The position numbers were made by a program, and so were the translations under genes. This document shows, piece by piece, positions 61,747 to 64,000 of a stretch of DNA of 64,000 nucleotides (the stretch's first letter is position 1; the number at the start of each line of letters is the position of its first letter). The DNA is taken from positions 26,039,360 through 26,103,359 of the forward strand of contig NC_043019.1 in the NCBI RefSeq assembly GCF_006345805.1, given 5' to 3'. This DNA comes from Octopus sinensis (taxonomy: Eukaryota). The notes beneath the pieces are model-generated. The model was not told where the DNA came from and made no database searches. It saw nothing but the letters and a program-made list of their open reading frames with translations.

Positions 61747-62268
61747 GAGACTAGAAAGGGTATGGCCTGGTCAGCCTGTAATGACATGCATAAGATCTGG
61801 TCATCAAATCTAAGTAGAGACTTCAAACTTGAAATATTCAAAGCCACAGTCGAACCAATTCTACTATATGGCTCAGAAACCTGGACGTTATCAAAGAAGC
61901 TTGAGAGGCGGTTGGATGGAACCTACACTCGCCTCCTTATGAGAGCTCAAAATCTCTCGTGGAAGCGCCATCCAACCAAAATGCAAATATATGGGAAACT
62001 ACCACCTGTGTCATCTCCTGTGAAGGTAGGAGAGTCCAGTTTGCTGGACATTGTTGTAGAGCTGAAAAAGAAGTCATTTCTACTCTTCTCCTCTGGAAGC
62101 CATCTACTCGCAATACCAGAGGGCGCACACTCTCCTACCCTGATGTAATCTCCAGGGATACAGGCATCCAGCAACAGGACCTCCGTAATGCTATGATGGA
62201 CCGTGAAGTCTGGCGTAACATAGTAAATTCCATGGTCTCGACCACGGTCGAACAATGATGATGAATGA
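61747..62268 (+). mobile_element. 5'-truncated RTE-clade LINE 3' end
   Basis: KIWSS..FKATVEPILLYGSETWTL..RLDGTYTRLL, then a frameshift to RVQFAGHCCR..DREVWRNIV; (TGA)n tail. Confidence 0.92.
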
Positions 62269-64000
62269 AAAGCTTCCATCTTGGATGACGTCCATGTGAT
62301 ATATAAAGAAGTAAGCCAAGTTAGTCTGGCCAAACCTCCACACCACTGACCACAGCCAGAAATGTCTAGTATCAAGTTGTATTGACATAAAGTGAAAAAA
62401 AAAAAAAAATCATTCAACAAGTTTGAACCAATCAAAACCTTCGTCACAGACACTGCTTGCCAAAGGCTCACACCACCACCCTCCTTTCTTTTCCTCTCAC
62501 TTATACACTTCCTTTTATGGTATTGTTAAAAAAAAAAATTGCTATTCTCTTCAAACAGATACAAAAATATTTAAAACATATGCAACAAAAAGCTTGGCTG
62601 TCAGGTAAGAAGTTTGCTTATCAACCACACAGTTCCAGGTTCAGTCCCACTGCATGGCATCTTGGACAAGTGTCTTCTACTTTAGCTTCGGGTCAACTAA
62701 AGTCTTGAAGCTGTGGCCAAGCTGGGGCACCACCTTGAAGAAATTTTAGTCAAATGAATCTGCATCAGTACTTTTTTTTTAAAGCCTGGGATTTATTCTA
62801 TCAGTCTCTTTTACCAAACCACTAAGTTACAGGGATGTAAACACACCAACACTGTTTGTCAAGCAGTGAAGGGAGGACAATCACATACACACATAAATAT
62901 AACAAGCTTCTTTTGGTTTCCATCTACTAAATCCACTCACAAAGCTTGGGTCAGCTCCAGGCTATAGTAGAAAACACTTGCCTAAGGTACCTCGCAGTAG
63001 GACAGATCCTGGAACCATGTGGTTGGGAAGCAAGCTTCTTACCACACAGCCACACCTGCACCTATATATAATGTGTGTGTGTGTGTGCATGTTCATTCCC
63101 TATCACTGCTTGTCAACCAGTGTTGGTTTGTTTTCACCCCCCATAACTTAGCAGTTCAGCAAAAGAGAACGAGAGAACAAGTATAAGACGTTAAAAAAAA
63201 GTCAGTAGTACGGCCAATTCATTTGACTAAAACCCTTCAAGGCAGTGCCCCAGCATGGCCACAGTCCAATGAGTGAAACAAGCAAAAGATTAAAAAATAA
63301 AACTGTAAATATTGGAGGGGTGACAGGGACATTTTTTTTGTTTTTCTGTTTGAAATTTTTTTATTTCCCCCACCCCACCCGACCCACCCACACACCAATT
63401 TCAAAAATAGACAGACATTATTAACAATTTCATAATAATAATTTCTTTTTCTTTTTTATTTCAATTTTATTTTATTCGTGGCATTATTTAATACAATGTT
63501 TATGGATGACATAAAAATGGTTCCTTGGTTCCATGGTCCCTGACTCCAACGATAACATTTTTGTTTCTTTGTTTTTCTTCTGCCTCCTCCTCCTCCTCCT
63601 CCTTCATTACTATCATTATTATTATTATTAATATTATTATTATTATTATTATTACAGGGTGTGGGGTTGAGGAGACAAACCAAGGTAAACAATAAATATA
63701 GGAGAAAGAGAGGGAGCACAATGGGGAAAAAGATGGTTGATTATACGGAGGGGTACAAGCCGTGGTGTAGCATGGGTAGGGCCACAGGGGTGATTGCTCT
63801 GGGCACAAAACTTTTAAAAAAAAACAGTTAAAGTAGTAATAATAAATAAAAGATAGTGTACCCTTCCTGCCATAGTAGCCTTGACCCCACAAAGTGGTGG
63901 CAGCCCAAGTTACAGCAATGGGCAGAAGGGAGGTCTTGGAAAGGTTGAGAAAAACCTTGAGTTTGTTTGGTTAAGGAAAAATATTGTAAATAAATATAAA

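Overview
AT-rich eukaryotic genomic DNA, very dense in microsatellites and SINEs; the repeat families look cephalopod, most likely Octopus (inference from recall, no search run). One protein-coding gene is supported: six minus-strand GT-AG exons (16544->3941, 1975 nt, 658 codons, open frame) encoding the N-terminal part of a long coiled-coil golgin, most like giantin/GOLGB1. The gene continues past the left edge of the window. The rest is repeats: several tRNA-derived SINE families, RTE and CR1-type LINE fragments, mariner, hAT, piggyBac and GG-terminal (Merlin-like) MITEs, non-autonomous Helitrons and minisatellites. The main unexplained structure is a set of hammerhead-ribozyme (HHR) motifs in at least four unrelated repeat families. 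The strongest case is a near-identical 562-563 bp tandem array (3.8 copies, 52778-54934) carrying one minimal type I HHR per unit on the minus strand, with a palindromic stem III loop. This is the architecture of self-cleaving satellites, non-LTR retrozymes and Penelope pseudo-LTRs. A 247-bp dimer at 4.2-4.7 kb carries HHRs whose stem II differs by pairing-preserving changes. A dispersed family carries an ultra-minimal HHR with a non-canonical CUGUUGA core. All folds were done by eye, none is tested, and novelty could not be checked.
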